Origin: Prochlorococcus sp. AG-402-A21
GTDB taxonomy: Bacteria; Cyanobacteriota; Cyanobacteriia; PCC-6307; Cyanobiaceae
NCBI GenBank assembly: GCA_003279655.1
Contig: QCHI01000003.1
Location: 34,641-98,640, forward strand
Direction: 5' to 3'
DNA length: 64,000 nucleotides
Shown: one piece after another, positions 22,828-32,827 of the stretch
Layout: every line of letters starts with the position of its first letter
Position numbering within the stretch: the stretch's first letter is position 1
Made by a program: the position numbers and the translations under genes
Notes under the pieces: model-generated
What the model was told of the DNA's origin: nothing
The model's input: only the letters and a program-made list of their open reading frames with translations
Databases searched by the model: none

Positions 22828-24192
22828 ATGCATGGATTAAAGGCTTTTGAACCCAATATGGATATAGATAGCCCAAATCGAAATATAGCGCCTATTTCTT
22901 CAGAAATTAATGAAAATAAAAAATTATTTGTTGGGGGATGTCAACTTAGTGATCTTGCAAAAAAATATGGCACACCTCTTTATGTCTTTGATGAGTTGTC
23001 ACTTAGGACTGCATGCAAGGCTTATATTTCTTCTTTAAAAAAACATTATCCAGGAGAATCACTTCCTTTATATGCTTCAAAAGCAAATAGCTCACTAGCT
23101 ATTTGTGCAGTTATTGCCTCTGAGGGGTTTGGACTTGATGCAGTATCAGAAGGCGAATTACTTACTGCCTTAAAGGGAGGAGTAGAAAGAAAAAATATTG
23201 TCTTTCATGGAAATAACAAATCTCAGGATGAATTGAATTTTGCCTACAAAAATAATGTGACGATTGTTTTAGATAATTATCACGATATTGAATTGCTAAA
23301 AAATATTGCCTCTGATAAAAAAACAGCAAAGTTAATGTTGAGGTTTACTCCTGGTATTGAATGCCATACACATGAATATATTAGGACTGGACACTTAGAT
23401 AGCAAATTTGGGTTTGACCCCGATGATCTTAAGTCAGTTTTAGAAGAATTAAAAACATATAACTGGGCAAATTTAACTGGTTTACATGCACATATAGGTT
23501 CTCAAATTTTTGAGGTTCAACCGCATATTGATCTCGCAGGAGTTATGGCGGATGCTTTAAAGCTTGCTAAGGAAATCGGACATCCAATATCAGATTTAAA
23601 TTTAGGTGGTGGTCTTGGGATCAAATATATTCAAGAAGATAATCCTCCATCTATTGAAAAATGGGTTGAAGTTATTTCTAATGCTGTTGTTAAGGCATGT
23701 GCAGATAGGAATCTAGATTTGCCAAGATTAATGTGTGAACCTGGAAGATCTCTTGTCGCTAATTCCGGACTTACTATTTACAAGATTGGAGCTAAAAAAG
23801 TAGTTCCAGGTGTTAGAACTTATGTATCTGTTGATGGAGGGATGAGTGATAATCCTCGTCCAATAACTTACCAGTCTCAATACAGTGCATGTTTAGTAGA
23901 TAAACCATTGAATAAAAATTTTGAAAAAGTTACTATCGCTGGTAAGCATTGTGAGTCGGGAGATGTTTTATTGAAAGATTTTCTTCTTCCATCTTGTGAG
24001 AGTGGAGATTTTCTTGCTGTATTTGGAACAGGTGCATACAACTATTCAATGAGTTCCAACTACAATAGAATTCCTAAACCAGCAACAATTTTGGTTGGTA
24101 AAGGTTCGGCCGAGTTGACTCAAAGAAGAGAACTTCCTGAAGATCTATTGCAATTAGATGTATTACCTGATCGCTTTATTCCCAAGAATTAG
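22828..24192 (+). CDS. lysA: diaminopimelate decarboxylase
   Basis: YASKANS PLP lysine, HAHIGSQ, EPGRS, GKHCESGD, GAYNYSMSSNYN. Confidence 0.97.
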   Translation: MHGLKAFEPNMDIDSPNRNIAPISSEINENKKLFVGGCQLSDLAKKYGTPLYVFDELSLRTACKAYISSLKKHYPGESLPLYASKANSSLAICAVIASEGFGLDAVSEGELLTALKGGVERKNIVFHGNNKSQDELNFAYKNNVTIVLDNYHDIELLKNIASDKKTAKLMLRFTPGIECHTHEYIRTGHLDSKFGFDPDDLKSVLEELKTYNWANLTGLHAHIGSQIFEVQPHIDLAGVMADALKLAKEIGHPISDLNLGGGLGIKYIQEDNPPSIEKWVEVISNAVVKACADRNLDLPRLMCEPGRSLVANSGLTIYKIGAKKVVPGVRTYVSVDGGMSDNPRPITYQSQYSACLVDKPLNKNFEKVTIAGKHCESGDVLLKDFLLPSCESGDFLAVFGTGAYNYSMSSNYNRIPKPATILVGKGSAELTQRRELPEDLLQLDVLPDRFIPKN

Positions 24193-24221
24193 GTAAGTTG
24201 AAATAACGTTGGGGATCAGGA

Positions 24222-25124
24222 GTGAATTTTTGGTGGCTTATAAACTTGCGTGTTCTCCTTGATGTCTTATTTGCTTCTTCTCTTGGAGTGCTTCTTTTTA
24301 CAAGAGTTAAAGAGCAAAGAACATTATGGCTTTTGAGAGGATATCTCTTTTTGGTTTCATTGGCGTGGTTCGTTCAGAGATTTGCAAATTTGCCAATTAC
24401 TTCAAAACTTGTTGATGCATTGGTTTTAGCTTGCTCATTATCTTTGGCAATTTTATGGCAAGGAGAATTAAGGAGATTAATGGAGTTATTAGGTACTGGA
24501 CGATTGGCTGTGATTCTTGGTAATACACAAAAAGAATTTAGGGCAAGTTCTAATACTTTCGCTCAATTAACTGAAGCAGCAGGTCGCTTATCACAAAATA
24601 GAAAAGGAGCATTAATTGTTGTTGATATGGGCAGTGACTTGCGCCCTGAAGATTTCCTGTTCCCTGGAGTTCCAATTGATGCACAATTGTCATCTGAATT
24701 GTTATTAAATCTTTTTGCAGCTGATACTCCTCTTCATGATGGAGCTGTTCTAGTAAAGGGAAATAGAATTATTTCAGCAGGAGTAATTTTACCTCTTTCA
24801 AGACAAGGAATTAGTAGATACGGAACCAGACATCTTGCAGCTCTTGGGATAACTGAGCGATTTGATCGATGTATTTGTGTTGTTGTTTCAGAAGAATCAG
24901 GTACCTTATCCTTGGCTAGTCAGGGACGACTAGAGAGACCCATTACAAGCAGTCGATTGCTTGACCTTTTGAAAGAATTGTTGGATCCTTCAAATGCATC
25001 TGGATCTAAGTCCACCAGCATTAATTCTTCATTGAAAACAACTTCTTCTAATATTGAACCTAAAGTTGGGCAATCCAGAGCTAATCTTGGGAAAAATAAT
25101 GACAGCAAGGAGTCTTTGAATTGA
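24222..25124 (+). CDS. cdaA: diadenylate cyclase CdaA
   Basis: Three N-terminal TM segments, DAC motifs LHDGA and GTRHLAALG; lysA-cdaA-uppS order is typical of cyanobacteria. Confidence 0.93.
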   Translation: MNFWWLINLRVLLDVLFASSLGVLLFTRVKEQRTLWLLRGYLFLVSLAWFVQRFANLPITSKLVDALVLACSLSLAILWQGELRRLMELLGTGRLAVILGNTQKEFRASSNTFAQLTEAAGRLSQNRKGALIVVDMGSDLRPEDFLFPGVPIDAQLSSELLLNLFAADTPLHDGAVLVKGNRIISAGVILPLSRQGISRYGTRHLAALGITERFDRCICVVVSEESGTLSLASQGRLERPITSSRLLDLLKELLDPSNASGSKSTSINSSLKTTSSNIEPKVGQSRANLGKNNDSKESLN

Positions 25125-25891
25125 CTTACCCTTCTGTAATAAGCACCGATAATTCTAGACAGGTATCCCCATTACCTAAAGATTTGGATCGTCTTCGTAT
25201 GCCTAATCACATTGCGGTAATAATGGATGGTAATGGTAGGTGGGCAAAAGCCAAAGGTCTGCCAAGGACCGTTGGACATAAAGCTGGGGTTGAGGCTTTA
25301 AAAACTACTTTGCATTTATGTAGCAATTGGGGAATAGGAGCATTAACTGTTTATGCATTCTCAACTGAAAATTGGTCCAGACCTAGTGAAGAAGTAAATT
25401 TCTTAATGACACTTTTTGAAAGTGTTCTTAAGCGTGAATTGAGTAATTTAAAACTCGAAGAAGTAAGAATTAATTTCTTAGGTGATCTTGACCCATTACC
25501 TATTGCATTAAAGGACTTAATAAAAGAGTCGGTTGAATCAACTTCAAATAATAAAGGCATTCATTTTAATGTTTGCACTAATTATGGGGGACGACGAGAA
25601 TTAGTACGAGCTGCCCAAAAGTTGGCAGAACGTTCGGTTAAAGGTGAATTAGATCCTTCTTTGATAGATGAAAATGTATTCGCCTCTGAGTTATTTACAG
25701 CTAGTGAGGTTGATCCAGATTTACTTATTAGAACTAGTGGCGAAAAAAGAATAAGTAATTTTCTTTTGTGGCAATTAGCTTATGCTGAGATCCATGTTAC
25801 AGATGTCTTATGGCCAGATTTTAACGCCGATACTCTTGCGAAGGCACTACTTGACTATCAATCTAGAAGAAGGAGATTTGGAGGTGTATAA
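25121..25891 (+). CDS. uppS: isoprenyl transferase (undecaprenyl diphosphate synthase)
   Basis: [39 protein letters not shown]. Confidence 0.96.
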   Translation: MTYPSVISTDNSRQVSPLPKDLDRLRMPNHIAVIMDGNGRWAKAKGLPRTVGHKAGVEALKTTLHLCSNWGIGALTVYAFSTENWSRPSEEVNFLMTLFESVLKRELSNLKLEEVRINFLGDLDPLPIALKDLIKESVESTSNNKGIHFNVCTNYGGRRELVRAAQKLAERSVKGELDPSLIDENVFASELFTASEVDPDLLIRTSGEKRISNFLLWQLAYAEIHVTDVLWPDFNADTLAKALLDYQSRRRRFGGV

Positions 25892-25984
25892 CTAAAATAA
25901 TTGAATATCTTGAGTTCTATGATTTTTGATAGATTATCAGCTAAAACTAAATAGCAATTAAATTTTTTATATTCAAATTCTTTT

Positions 25985-27028
25985 ATGACGTTAATTAATC
26001 CTAATATTCAGGAATCCAATAAATTCCATTTCAAAGATGAATCATACTTAGATTTTAATTCCATAAAAGGCGGAGATATTAGGCATGATTGGTCTTTCGA
26101 TGAAATCAAAGAGATACTTGATTTACCATTAATGGATTTGTTGTGGAGAGCTCAAATAGTTCATAGGTCTTACAATCCAGGTTATAAAGTTCAACTTGCT
26201 TCCCTTTTAAGTGTGAAGACAGGGGGATGCTCAGAAGACTGTGCATACTGTCCCCAATCTGTACACAACGAAACAAAGGTTCAGGCTAATCCTGTCCTCC
26301 AAATTGAGTCAGTTCTTGATAGAGCAAGAGCTGCTAAAGATGCAGGAGCAGATAGATTTTGTATGGGTTGGGCTTGGCGTGAGATCAAAGACGGAAATGC
26401 ATTCGATTCAATGCTTGAAATGGTCAGAGGTGTTAGAGAACTTGGCCTTGAGGCATGTGTCACAGCTGGAATGATTACTGATTCTCAAGCCTCTAGATTG
26501 GCTGAAGCAGGTTTAACAGCTTATAACCACAATTTAGATACTAGTCCTGAACATTATTCCAATATCATTTCAACAAGAACATATCAAGATCGACTTGAAA
26601 CATTGAGAAGAGTACGCATGGCTGGAATTACAGTGTGTTGTGGTGGAATTATTGGTATGGGCGAATCTGTTTCCGATAGAGCATCTTTACTTAAAGTTTT
26701 AGCAACCTTAGATCCACATCCTGAGAGTGTGCCTATCAATGCGTTAGTTGCAGTGAAGGGGACACCCATGGAGGATTTGTCTTCTATTGATCCATTAGAG
26801 ATGGTACGTATGGTGGCGACAGCAAGGATTATTATGCCTAAAAGCCGAATAAGACTTAGCGCAGGTAGACAACAATTAGGTAGGGAAGCCCAGATACTAT
26901 GCCTACAGTCTGGAGCTGATTCTATTTTTTATGGAGACACACTTTTGACCACTAGTAATCCAGAGGTGGAGGCAGACCGGAAGCTCTTAGCGGATGCTGG
27001 AATTACTGCCAATTTCTCTCAAGAATAA
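25985..27028 (+). CDS. bioB: biotin synthase
   Basis: Radical [30 protein letters not shown]. Confidence 0.96.
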   Translation: MTLINPNIQESNKFHFKDESYLDFNSIKGGDIRHDWSFDEIKEILDLPLMDLLWRAQIVHRSYNPGYKVQLASLLSVKTGGCSEDCAYCPQSVHNETKVQANPVLQIESVLDRARAAKDAGADRFCMGWAWREIKDGNAFDSMLEMVRGVRELGLEACVTAGMITDSQASRLAEAGLTAYNHNLDTSPEHYSNIISTRTYQDRLETLRRVRMAGITVCCGGIIGMGESVSDRASLLKVLATLDPHPESVPINALVAVKGTPMEDLSSIDPLEMVRMVATARIIMPKSRIRLSAGRQQLGREAQILCLQSGADSIFYGDTLLTTSNPEVEADRKLLADAGITANFSQE

Positions 27029-27034
27029 GAAGGT

Positions 27035-27994
27035 ATGAAAACAGAGGATAGCCTCAAGAAATTCAAATATAAAGTTGCTGCATTTTACAATTTTATATCG
27101 ATTATTGATAAAGAAATTCTTCTAATGAAAGAAGAACTAACGAACTTAGCAACGAATCATGAAATAAAAGGCACTATTTTATTAGCTTCAGAAGGTGTTA
27201 ACGGTACGGTTTGTGGAACTGAAAATGCAATAGTTCAATTCATTGAAACCTTAGAGAATCTATTAAAGGTATCGGACATTAATGTCAAATATAGTTGGAG
27301 TAAGAAACAGGCTTTTCGTCGTTTTAAAGCTCGGAAGAAAAAAGAAATCGTCACGATTGGGCTAAAACAAGTTAATCCTAATAAATCTGTTGGTAAATAT
27401 ATAAAAGCTGATGAATGGAATGAGTTTTTAGAAGATCCTGATAGTGTCGTTATTGATACTCGCAATGAGTATGAAATAAAAATTGGAAATTTCGCAGGTG
27501 CTTTAAATCCACATACAAGTTCATTTCGTGAATTTCCTGCATGGGTGCAAAAGCACTTAAAACCTTTAATCGAAGATAATCCGTCTTTAAAAATAGGGAT
27601 GTATTGTACGGGTGGTATAAGATGCGAAAAAGCTACCTCTTATTTGATAGAAGAAGGTTTTTCCGAGGTACATCATCTTGAGGGTGGAATACTAAAATAT
27701 CTAGAAGATGTTCCCTCTGAGAATAGTTTATGGAATGGTGAGTGCTTTGTTTTTGATCAACGTGTCTCTTTAGATCATGATCTATTGCCTGGTTCACATC
27801 GTATGTGTCATGCTTGCGGATTACCCATCTCTCCGGAGGACTTGAAAAAGCCAACATATATTAAAGGCTTGCAATGTGAGGCTTGTGTTAACAAATTCAC
27901 AGATAGCGATAGAGCTAGATTTGCAGAAAGACAACGTCAAATTGATGAAATAATGAAACGTCTACCTGATAATTCTATATGGCCCTCTTCATGA
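27035..27994 (+). CDS. trhO: rhodanese-domain tRNA hydroxylase (TrhO/YceA family)
   Basis: GTILLASEGVNGT, DTRNEYE, YCTGGIRCEKA, HLEGGILKY, ECFVFDQR. Confidence 0.88.
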   Translation: MKTEDSLKKFKYKVAAFYNFISIIDKEILLMKEELTNLATNHEIKGTILLASEGVNGTVCGTENAIVQFIETLENLLKVSDINVKYSWSKKQAFRRFKARKKKEIVTIGLKQVNPNKSVGKYIKADEWNEFLEDPDSVVIDTRNEYEIKIGNFAGALNPHTSSFREFPAWVQKHLKPLIEDNPSLKIGMYCTGGIRCEKATSYLIEEGFSEVHHLEGGILKYLEDVPSENSLWNGECFVFDQRVSLDHDLLPGSHRMCHACGLPISPEDLKKPTYIKGLQCEACVNKFTDSDRARFAERQRQIDEIMKRLPDNSIWPSS

Positions 27995-28494
27995 CTAATC
28001 CTAATTTAACTCAATTAGAAAAAGAAGCATCTGATAGGGGGTTATTGCTGCGAATACAAGTTAGAAGACCCCTCAATATTTGGTCGTTTAAGCTAGTCGT
28101 TGGCGAAATAACCAGTAATACTAAAATTCAGTTATTGGGTGAAATGAAAGGATGGGCCTATCAAAATACTAAAGGACTTCAGCTTGATACGATGAAGGTT
28201 GGTAAAAACGCCAACTCCAACGTAGCTGATTTAATCTGGGCTGCAACCATGGCCTGGGCTTTAGAAGAGACTCCATGTCGTAGTGCAAGATTATTAGCAA
28301 TTTATGATGAAAACAATCAGCATGAAATCCTGCAACGTTATTTTCGTAGGCGTGGATTTAATACTGTGCGTATAGTTGGATCTTCTCCCTTGGATTTGCC
28401 TTTGAGACTTGTTTGGGGAGGTGCAGGTGCGTTTATGGTAGGTAATTGTGAGAAAGTTTTTGAAAGAAGTTATAGGAGTTGGTCGAATAGCTAA
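27979..28494 (+). CDS. conserved hypothetical protein (GNAT-like, plant/algal homologue resemblance)
   Basis: ARLLAIYD...YFRRRGF...LVWGGAGAFM; likely start ATG 27991. Confidence 0.6.
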   Translation: MALFMTNPNLTQLEKEASDRGLLLRIQVRRPLNIWSFKLVVGEITSNTKIQLLGEMKGWAYQNTKGLQLDTMKVGKNANSNVADLIWAATMAWALEETPCRSARLLAIYDENNQHEILQRYFRRRGFNTVRIVGSSPLDLPLRLVWGGAGAFMVGNCEKVFERSYRSWSNS

Positions 28495-28510
28495 AGCTAT
28501 TTTAAGGAAA

Positions 28511-29434
28511 CTAATCTAAGGTGTCATTCGCATGGTAACTGCTTCTAACTAAAGGACCGCTGTTTACTTTTTTAAATCCTAAACCCTTTGCTATTTCAGC
28601 AAAATCATTGAATTTTGTTGGTGACCAATAATGAGAAACTGGAATGTGAGCGAGTGAAGGTCGTAAATATTGTCCAATAGTCAAATATTGACAGTCGACA
28701 TCTCTAAGGTCTTTAAGTGTTTGAATTATTTCATGAAATTTTTCTCCAAGTCCAAGCATTATTCCTGATTTTGTCGGAATCTTTGGATCGATTTCTCTGG
28801 CAAATTTGAGAAGGTTTAGTGAGTGCTCGTAAGTAGCACCTCTCCTTACTTCTCTTTGAAGTCTCTTGACAGTTTCAAGGTTATGGTTGAAGCAAATAGG
28901 ATTAGCCGAGAGAACTAGATTAAGCCGCTCTCTTTGCTTTTTGACATTATCCTTATTGTTACCACCCCAGAAATCTGGTGTTAGCACCTCTATTGCGACA
29001 TCAGGAGTTAATGACCTAATTGCATCCATTGTTGTCGTAAATAGACTTGCACCGTGATCTGGTAGATCATCTCTTGCGACTGCGGTTAGTACAACATATT
29101 TGAGATTCAATATCTGAACAGCATTTGCTACTTTTTCTGCTTCAAAAATATTTACTTTTTCGGGCGATTTCCCTTTCTCTACCTGGCAAAAGGCACAGCT
29201 CCTTGTACAGATTGAGCCACCTAATAAAAAAGTAGCCGTACCAGCGGCATAACATTCACCTCTGTTCGGGCATCTACCTTCCTCGCAGATGGTATGTAAT
29301 CTGTTTTTCTTTACGAGCGTTTGAACTTTTTCAAGTTGAGTTGCGCTACCTATGGCTGGCTTGATCCAATTAGGTAAACGCTCTTCCGGGAGGAAGCTAC
29401 TATATTTTGTTGTTTTTCTTGTTGTTGGGCTCAT
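28511..29434 (-). CDS. lipA: lipoyl synthase
   Basis: [12 protein letters not shown] and CTRSCAFC clusters, NHNLETV, GQYLRPS, RSSYHA. Confidence 0.96.
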   Translation of the reverse strand: MSPTTRKTTKYSSFLPEERLPNWIKPAIGSATQLEKVQTLVKKNRLHTICEEGRCPNRGECYAAGTATFLLGGSICTRSCAFCQVEKGKSPEKVNIFEAEKVANAVQILNLKYVVLTAVARDDLPDHGASLFTTTMDAIRSLTPDVAIEVLTPDFWGGNNKDNVKKQRERLNLVLSANPICFNHNLETVKRLQREVRRGATYEHSLNLLKFAREIDPKIPTKSGIMLGLGEKFHEIIQTLKDLRDVDCQYLTIGQYLRPSLAHIPVSHYWSPTKFNDFAEIAKGLGFKKVNSGPLVRSSYHANDTLD

Positions 29435-29445
29435 ATTTTTGATGG

Positions 29446-30045
29446 TTAATCTAAGTCTCTTCGACCTTCTAAAGCACGCGAGAGTGTTACCTCATCGGCA
29501 TATTCCAACTCACTTCCAACAGGAAGTCCATAAGCAATACGAGTGACTTTTGTGAATGGTTTTAATAATCTACCCACATAAAGACTAGTGGTATCGCCCT
29601 CAATGCTTGGTGTTAGGGCAAGGATGACTTCTTTGATATTTTCTTTATTGACTCTTTTTATAAGACTTGATATCTCAAGCATTTCCGGTCCAATCCCATC
29701 CATCGGAGAAATTAACCCACCAATTACATGATAAAGACCTTTGTACTCTCGTGTACGCTCAAGAGCAAGCAAATCTCTGGACTCAGAAACAACGCAAATG
29801 AGCTCTTGATTTCGTTGCTTGTTTAAACAAATTTCGCATTTTTCTCCTGCGGTTAAATGAAAGCATGTCTTACATTGTCCCACTTGACTTTTCGCGTTAA
29901 TTAGAGCTTCTGAAAACAATCTTATTTTGTCCTCTGGTTGACGCAAAAGATGAAGAGCTAATCTTTGAGCAGTTCTGGGACCGATACCAGGCAATTGCTC
30001 AAACTGATCAATTAATTTTGATAATGGTTTAGTGAAGCCGCTCAG
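29446..30045 (-). CDS. recR: recombination mediator RecR (199 aa if started at CTG 30045)
   Basis: [13 protein letters not shown] HhH, C4 zinc finger, Toprim [12 protein letters not shown]. The frame extends upstream of the track start as (L)[16 protein letters not shown] with an in-frame TGA at 30049-30051. Confidence 0.95.
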   Translation of the reverse strand: MSGFTKPLSKLIDQFEQLPGIGPRTAQRLALHLLRQPEDKIRLFSEALINAKSQVGQCKTCFHLTAGEKCEICLNKQRNQELICVVSESRDLLALERTREYKGLYHVIGGLISPMDGIGPEMLEISSLIKRVNKENIKEVILALTPSIEGDTTSLYVGRLLKPFTKVTRIAYGLPVGSELEYADEVTLSRALEGRRDLD

Positions 30046-30164
30046 AGTTCAGAAGCAATTATCTTGAATGTAGTCAGAGTTTTAACTGGGTTGCACTAAT
30101 TTAAAGAAGATTACCGTCAGTTAAATTAGAAATGTATCAGAATAGTGACGCTTGAGTCTCCAAA

Positions 30165-30710
30165 ATGATCAATTTTTTTCGAACATCTTTTAAATCCCTT
30201 TTGGCTATAGCTTTGGTCTTGACGCTCGGAGCTTGCTCAGCAGGGGGGGGCGCAGGGTTAGAACCTTTTAAAAGTAAAGATGGACAATATGGTTTTCTTT
30301 TCCCAACAGGGTGGACGAGAGTGGCTGTAGATAATGGACCAGAGGTTGTTTACCATGACTTGATTAACTCCGATGAAACTCTCAGTCTTGTTATTTCTAA
30401 ATTGGAAAATGAGGTGGATTTAGAGGATTTGGGTGGAGCAGATGCTGTAGGGGAAAGACTTTTTGGTAAAAAAAATAGCAAGAATCCTATTCAATTAATT
30501 GATGCTTCAGAGAGAGAAGTTGATGAACGCAAATTCTATGATCTTGAATACTCTGTTGATTTAGAAGAAAAAAGTAGGCACGAAATTGCTACTGTTGTTG
30601 TGGATAGAGGTTATCTATATACACTTGCTGCTAGCACGAGTGAACAACGCTGGTCAAAAATGCAAGACACTTTTAAAAGAGTAGTTAGTTCTTTTACTTT
30701 TTTCATATAA
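30165..30710 (+). CDS. psbP: PsbP-like photosystem II lipoprotein (CyanoP)
   Basis: Lipobox LGAC; YGFLFPTGW, RGYLYTLAASTSEQRW...VSSF. Confidence 0.88.
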   Translation: MINFFRTSFKSLLAIALVLTLGACSAGGGAGLEPFKSKDGQYGFLFPTGWTRVAVDNGPEVVYHDLINSDETLSLVISKLENEVDLEDLGGADAVGERLFGKKNSKNPIQLIDASEREVDERKFYDLEYSVDLEEKSRHEIATVVVDRGYLYTLAASTSEQRWSKMQDTFKRVVSSFTFFI

Positions 30711-30711
30711 T

Positions 30712-32502
30712 TTAAGTATTATTTTCGCCAGCTTGAATTTTCCAAAGATAGTAATAGAAATCTCGATTTTTCAAAAGAGAAACATGTGTTCCTTTCTCGA
30801 TAATTTTACCTTTATCTAAAACTATAATTTCGTCAGCATCTATTACAGTACTTAAACGATGAGCGATAACAATTGTAGTACAAGTATTTGTTATCTTCTT
30901 TAGAGACCTTTGAATCGCGGCTTCAGTTTCATTGTCTACAGATGCTGTTGCCTCATCTAATATTAATATTGGGGCATTTTTTAAGATTGCCCTTGCGATA
31001 GCAATTCTTTGTCTTTGTCCACCAGATAACTTTTGTCCTCTTTCTCCAACTATTGTTTTTATTCCTTTTGGTAGTTGATTAATAAATTCAGTTGCTTCGG
31101 CAATTTCTGCAGCTCTTGATATTTTTGATTTATCAATATTTTGAGATCCATAAGAAATATTCTCTTCAATAGTGCCTTGAAATAAATATGTTTCCTGGCT
31201 GACTAATGCTATACATCGTCGTAGACTTTTTAAATCCAATGATTCTATTAAGTTTCCATCTATTTCTATTGACCCTTTACTAATTTTATACAGCCTTAAT
31301 AATAGTTTTACAAGTGTACTTTTACCAGAACCGGTAGCACCTACAATACCTATTTTCTTACCCGGACTAATATTTAAATTAAAGTTTTTGATAACTTGAG
31401 ACCGACCTTCATATGTAAAATCAATATTTTTAAACTTGATTTCACCTTGAACATTATTAGGATCTAAATTTATTTTTCCCGTTTTAATTTTTATTGGAGT
31501 ATCTATTAAGTCTAAAACTCTATTTGTTGAGGCCATTGACCTTTGATAATCATCTAAAACATGCCCTAATGTCGTTAGGGGCCATAATAATCTTTGAGTG
31601 ATAAAAACTAAAAAACTATAAGTTCCAACTGGTATTAATCCTTTCCATGCTTGGAAGCCTCCTGCAATTAATATGGCAAGGAATGCAAATAATATTGCAA
31701 ATCTAATTAATGGGATAAATGCTGCTGATAGCTTTATAGCCTTTCTATTACTTTCTTGATATAAATTGCTATCGAGTCTTAATCTTTCAAGTTCCCAATC
31801 CTCAGTAGCGAAACTTTTAATAGTAAGCATTCCACTGAGGTTATTGTTAAGTCTTGAGGCAAGATCTCCAGCTCTATCTCTGACTTCACGGTAACGAGGA
31901 GCTAGGCTCTTCTGGAAATTAATCGAGCCCCAAAGAATAAACGGAATAGGTGTAAATGCTAGCAATGCAATGCCGGGGGCTAATGATATCATTGCCCCAC
32001 CAACAATAATGACAGTAATTATTAATTGAATAATTTTATTAGCTCCTTCATCCAAAAATCTTTCTAGTTGATTGATATCGTCATTCAGTACAGTCATAAG
32101 CCTTCCTGTATTATCTGATTCGAAGAATGTCATTTCTAATTTTTGTAAATGTTCATATGCCTTGATTCTTAAATAGTGCTGTGTCTTCTGAGCCAAATTT
32201 CTCCACATTAATCCATACAAGTATTCAAAGAATGATTCAGCTGTCCAAATTAAAAATGAAATCACTGCAAGTGCAATTAACTGATCTGGGACAGTATTAA
32301 ACCCAATAGAACCTAGCCATGAACTTTCTTTTCTCACTACTACATCAACAGATACACCGATTAAAACAGGTGGTGCAAGATCAAAGAATTTATTTAATAT
32401 AGAGCAAGTAATAGCTGAATAAATCAGACGTTTTTGACTTTTAAGATTACTTAAAAGTCTTGTTAGTGGGCTTTTATTTATTCTTGAGTTAGATTTATGC
32501 AT
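30712..32502 (-). CDS. ABC transporter, fused permease/ATP-binding (MsbA-like exporter)
   Basis: TM domain plus Walker A GATGSGKS, signature LSGGQRQR, Walker B ILDEATAS. Confidence 0.94.
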   Translation of the reverse strand: MHKSNSRINKSPLTRLLSNLKSQKRLIYSAITCSILNKFFDLAPPVLIGVSVDVVVRKESSWLGSIGFNTVPDQLIALAVISFLIWTAESFFEYLYGLMWRNLAQKTQHYLRIKAYEHLQKLEMTFFESDNTGRLMTVLNDDINQLERFLDEGANKIIQLIITVIIVGGAMISLAPGIALLAFTPIPFILWGSINFQKSLAPRYREVRDRAGDLASRLNNNLSGMLTIKSFATEDWELERLRLDSNLYQESNRKAIKLSAAFIPLIRFAILFAFLAILIAGGFQAWKGLIPVGTYSFLVFITQRLLWPLTTLGHVLDDYQRSMASTNRVLDLIDTPIKIKTGKINLDPNNVQGEIKFKNIDFTYEGRSQVIKNFNLNISPGKKIGIVGATGSGKSTLVKLLLRLYKISKGSIEIDGNLIESLDLKSLRRCIALVSQETYLFQGTIEENISYGSQNIDKSKISRAAEIAEATEFINQLPKGIKTIVGERGQKLSGGQRQRIAIARAILKNAPILILDEATASVDNETEAAIQRSLKKITNTCTTIVIAHRLSTVIDADEIIVLDKGKIIEKGTHVSLLKNRDFYYYLWKIQAGENNT

Positions 32503-32523
32503 TTGATTTAGATTGTTAGTCTT

Positions 32524-32808
32524 TTAGAGATTATATTTCTCAGTAGCTTTATCTCTACAGTAAGCACGAGAGCTTTTTATCGAAGATCCAGAATTATATT
32601 TTTTAAAAAAACATTCACATGTGAAATCACTTATTTCATTTAAATTTTGTTTATTCTTTATATCAAGTTTTGATTTTAATGTCGCAATACAGAATTTATT
32701 AATAAGACTATTTTTAGTACTAATATTGTTTCCCTTGGCCTCTAAATTGATAGCCATCTCTATGAGAAGAAATGTGATCAGACTGCTAAATATTAATTTA
32801 CTAAGCAT
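32524..32808 (-). CDS. hypothetical secreted Cys-containing protein
   Basis: N-terminal hydrophobic signal; FCIATL, TCEC, AYC. Confidence 0.6.
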   Translation of the reverse strand: MLSKLIFSSLITFLLIEMAINLEAKGNNISTKNSLINKFCIATLKSKLDIKNKQNLNEISDFTCECFFKKYNSGSSIKSSRAYCRDKATEKYNL

Positions 32809-32827
32809 ATTTTTGTTGTTTTTTCTA

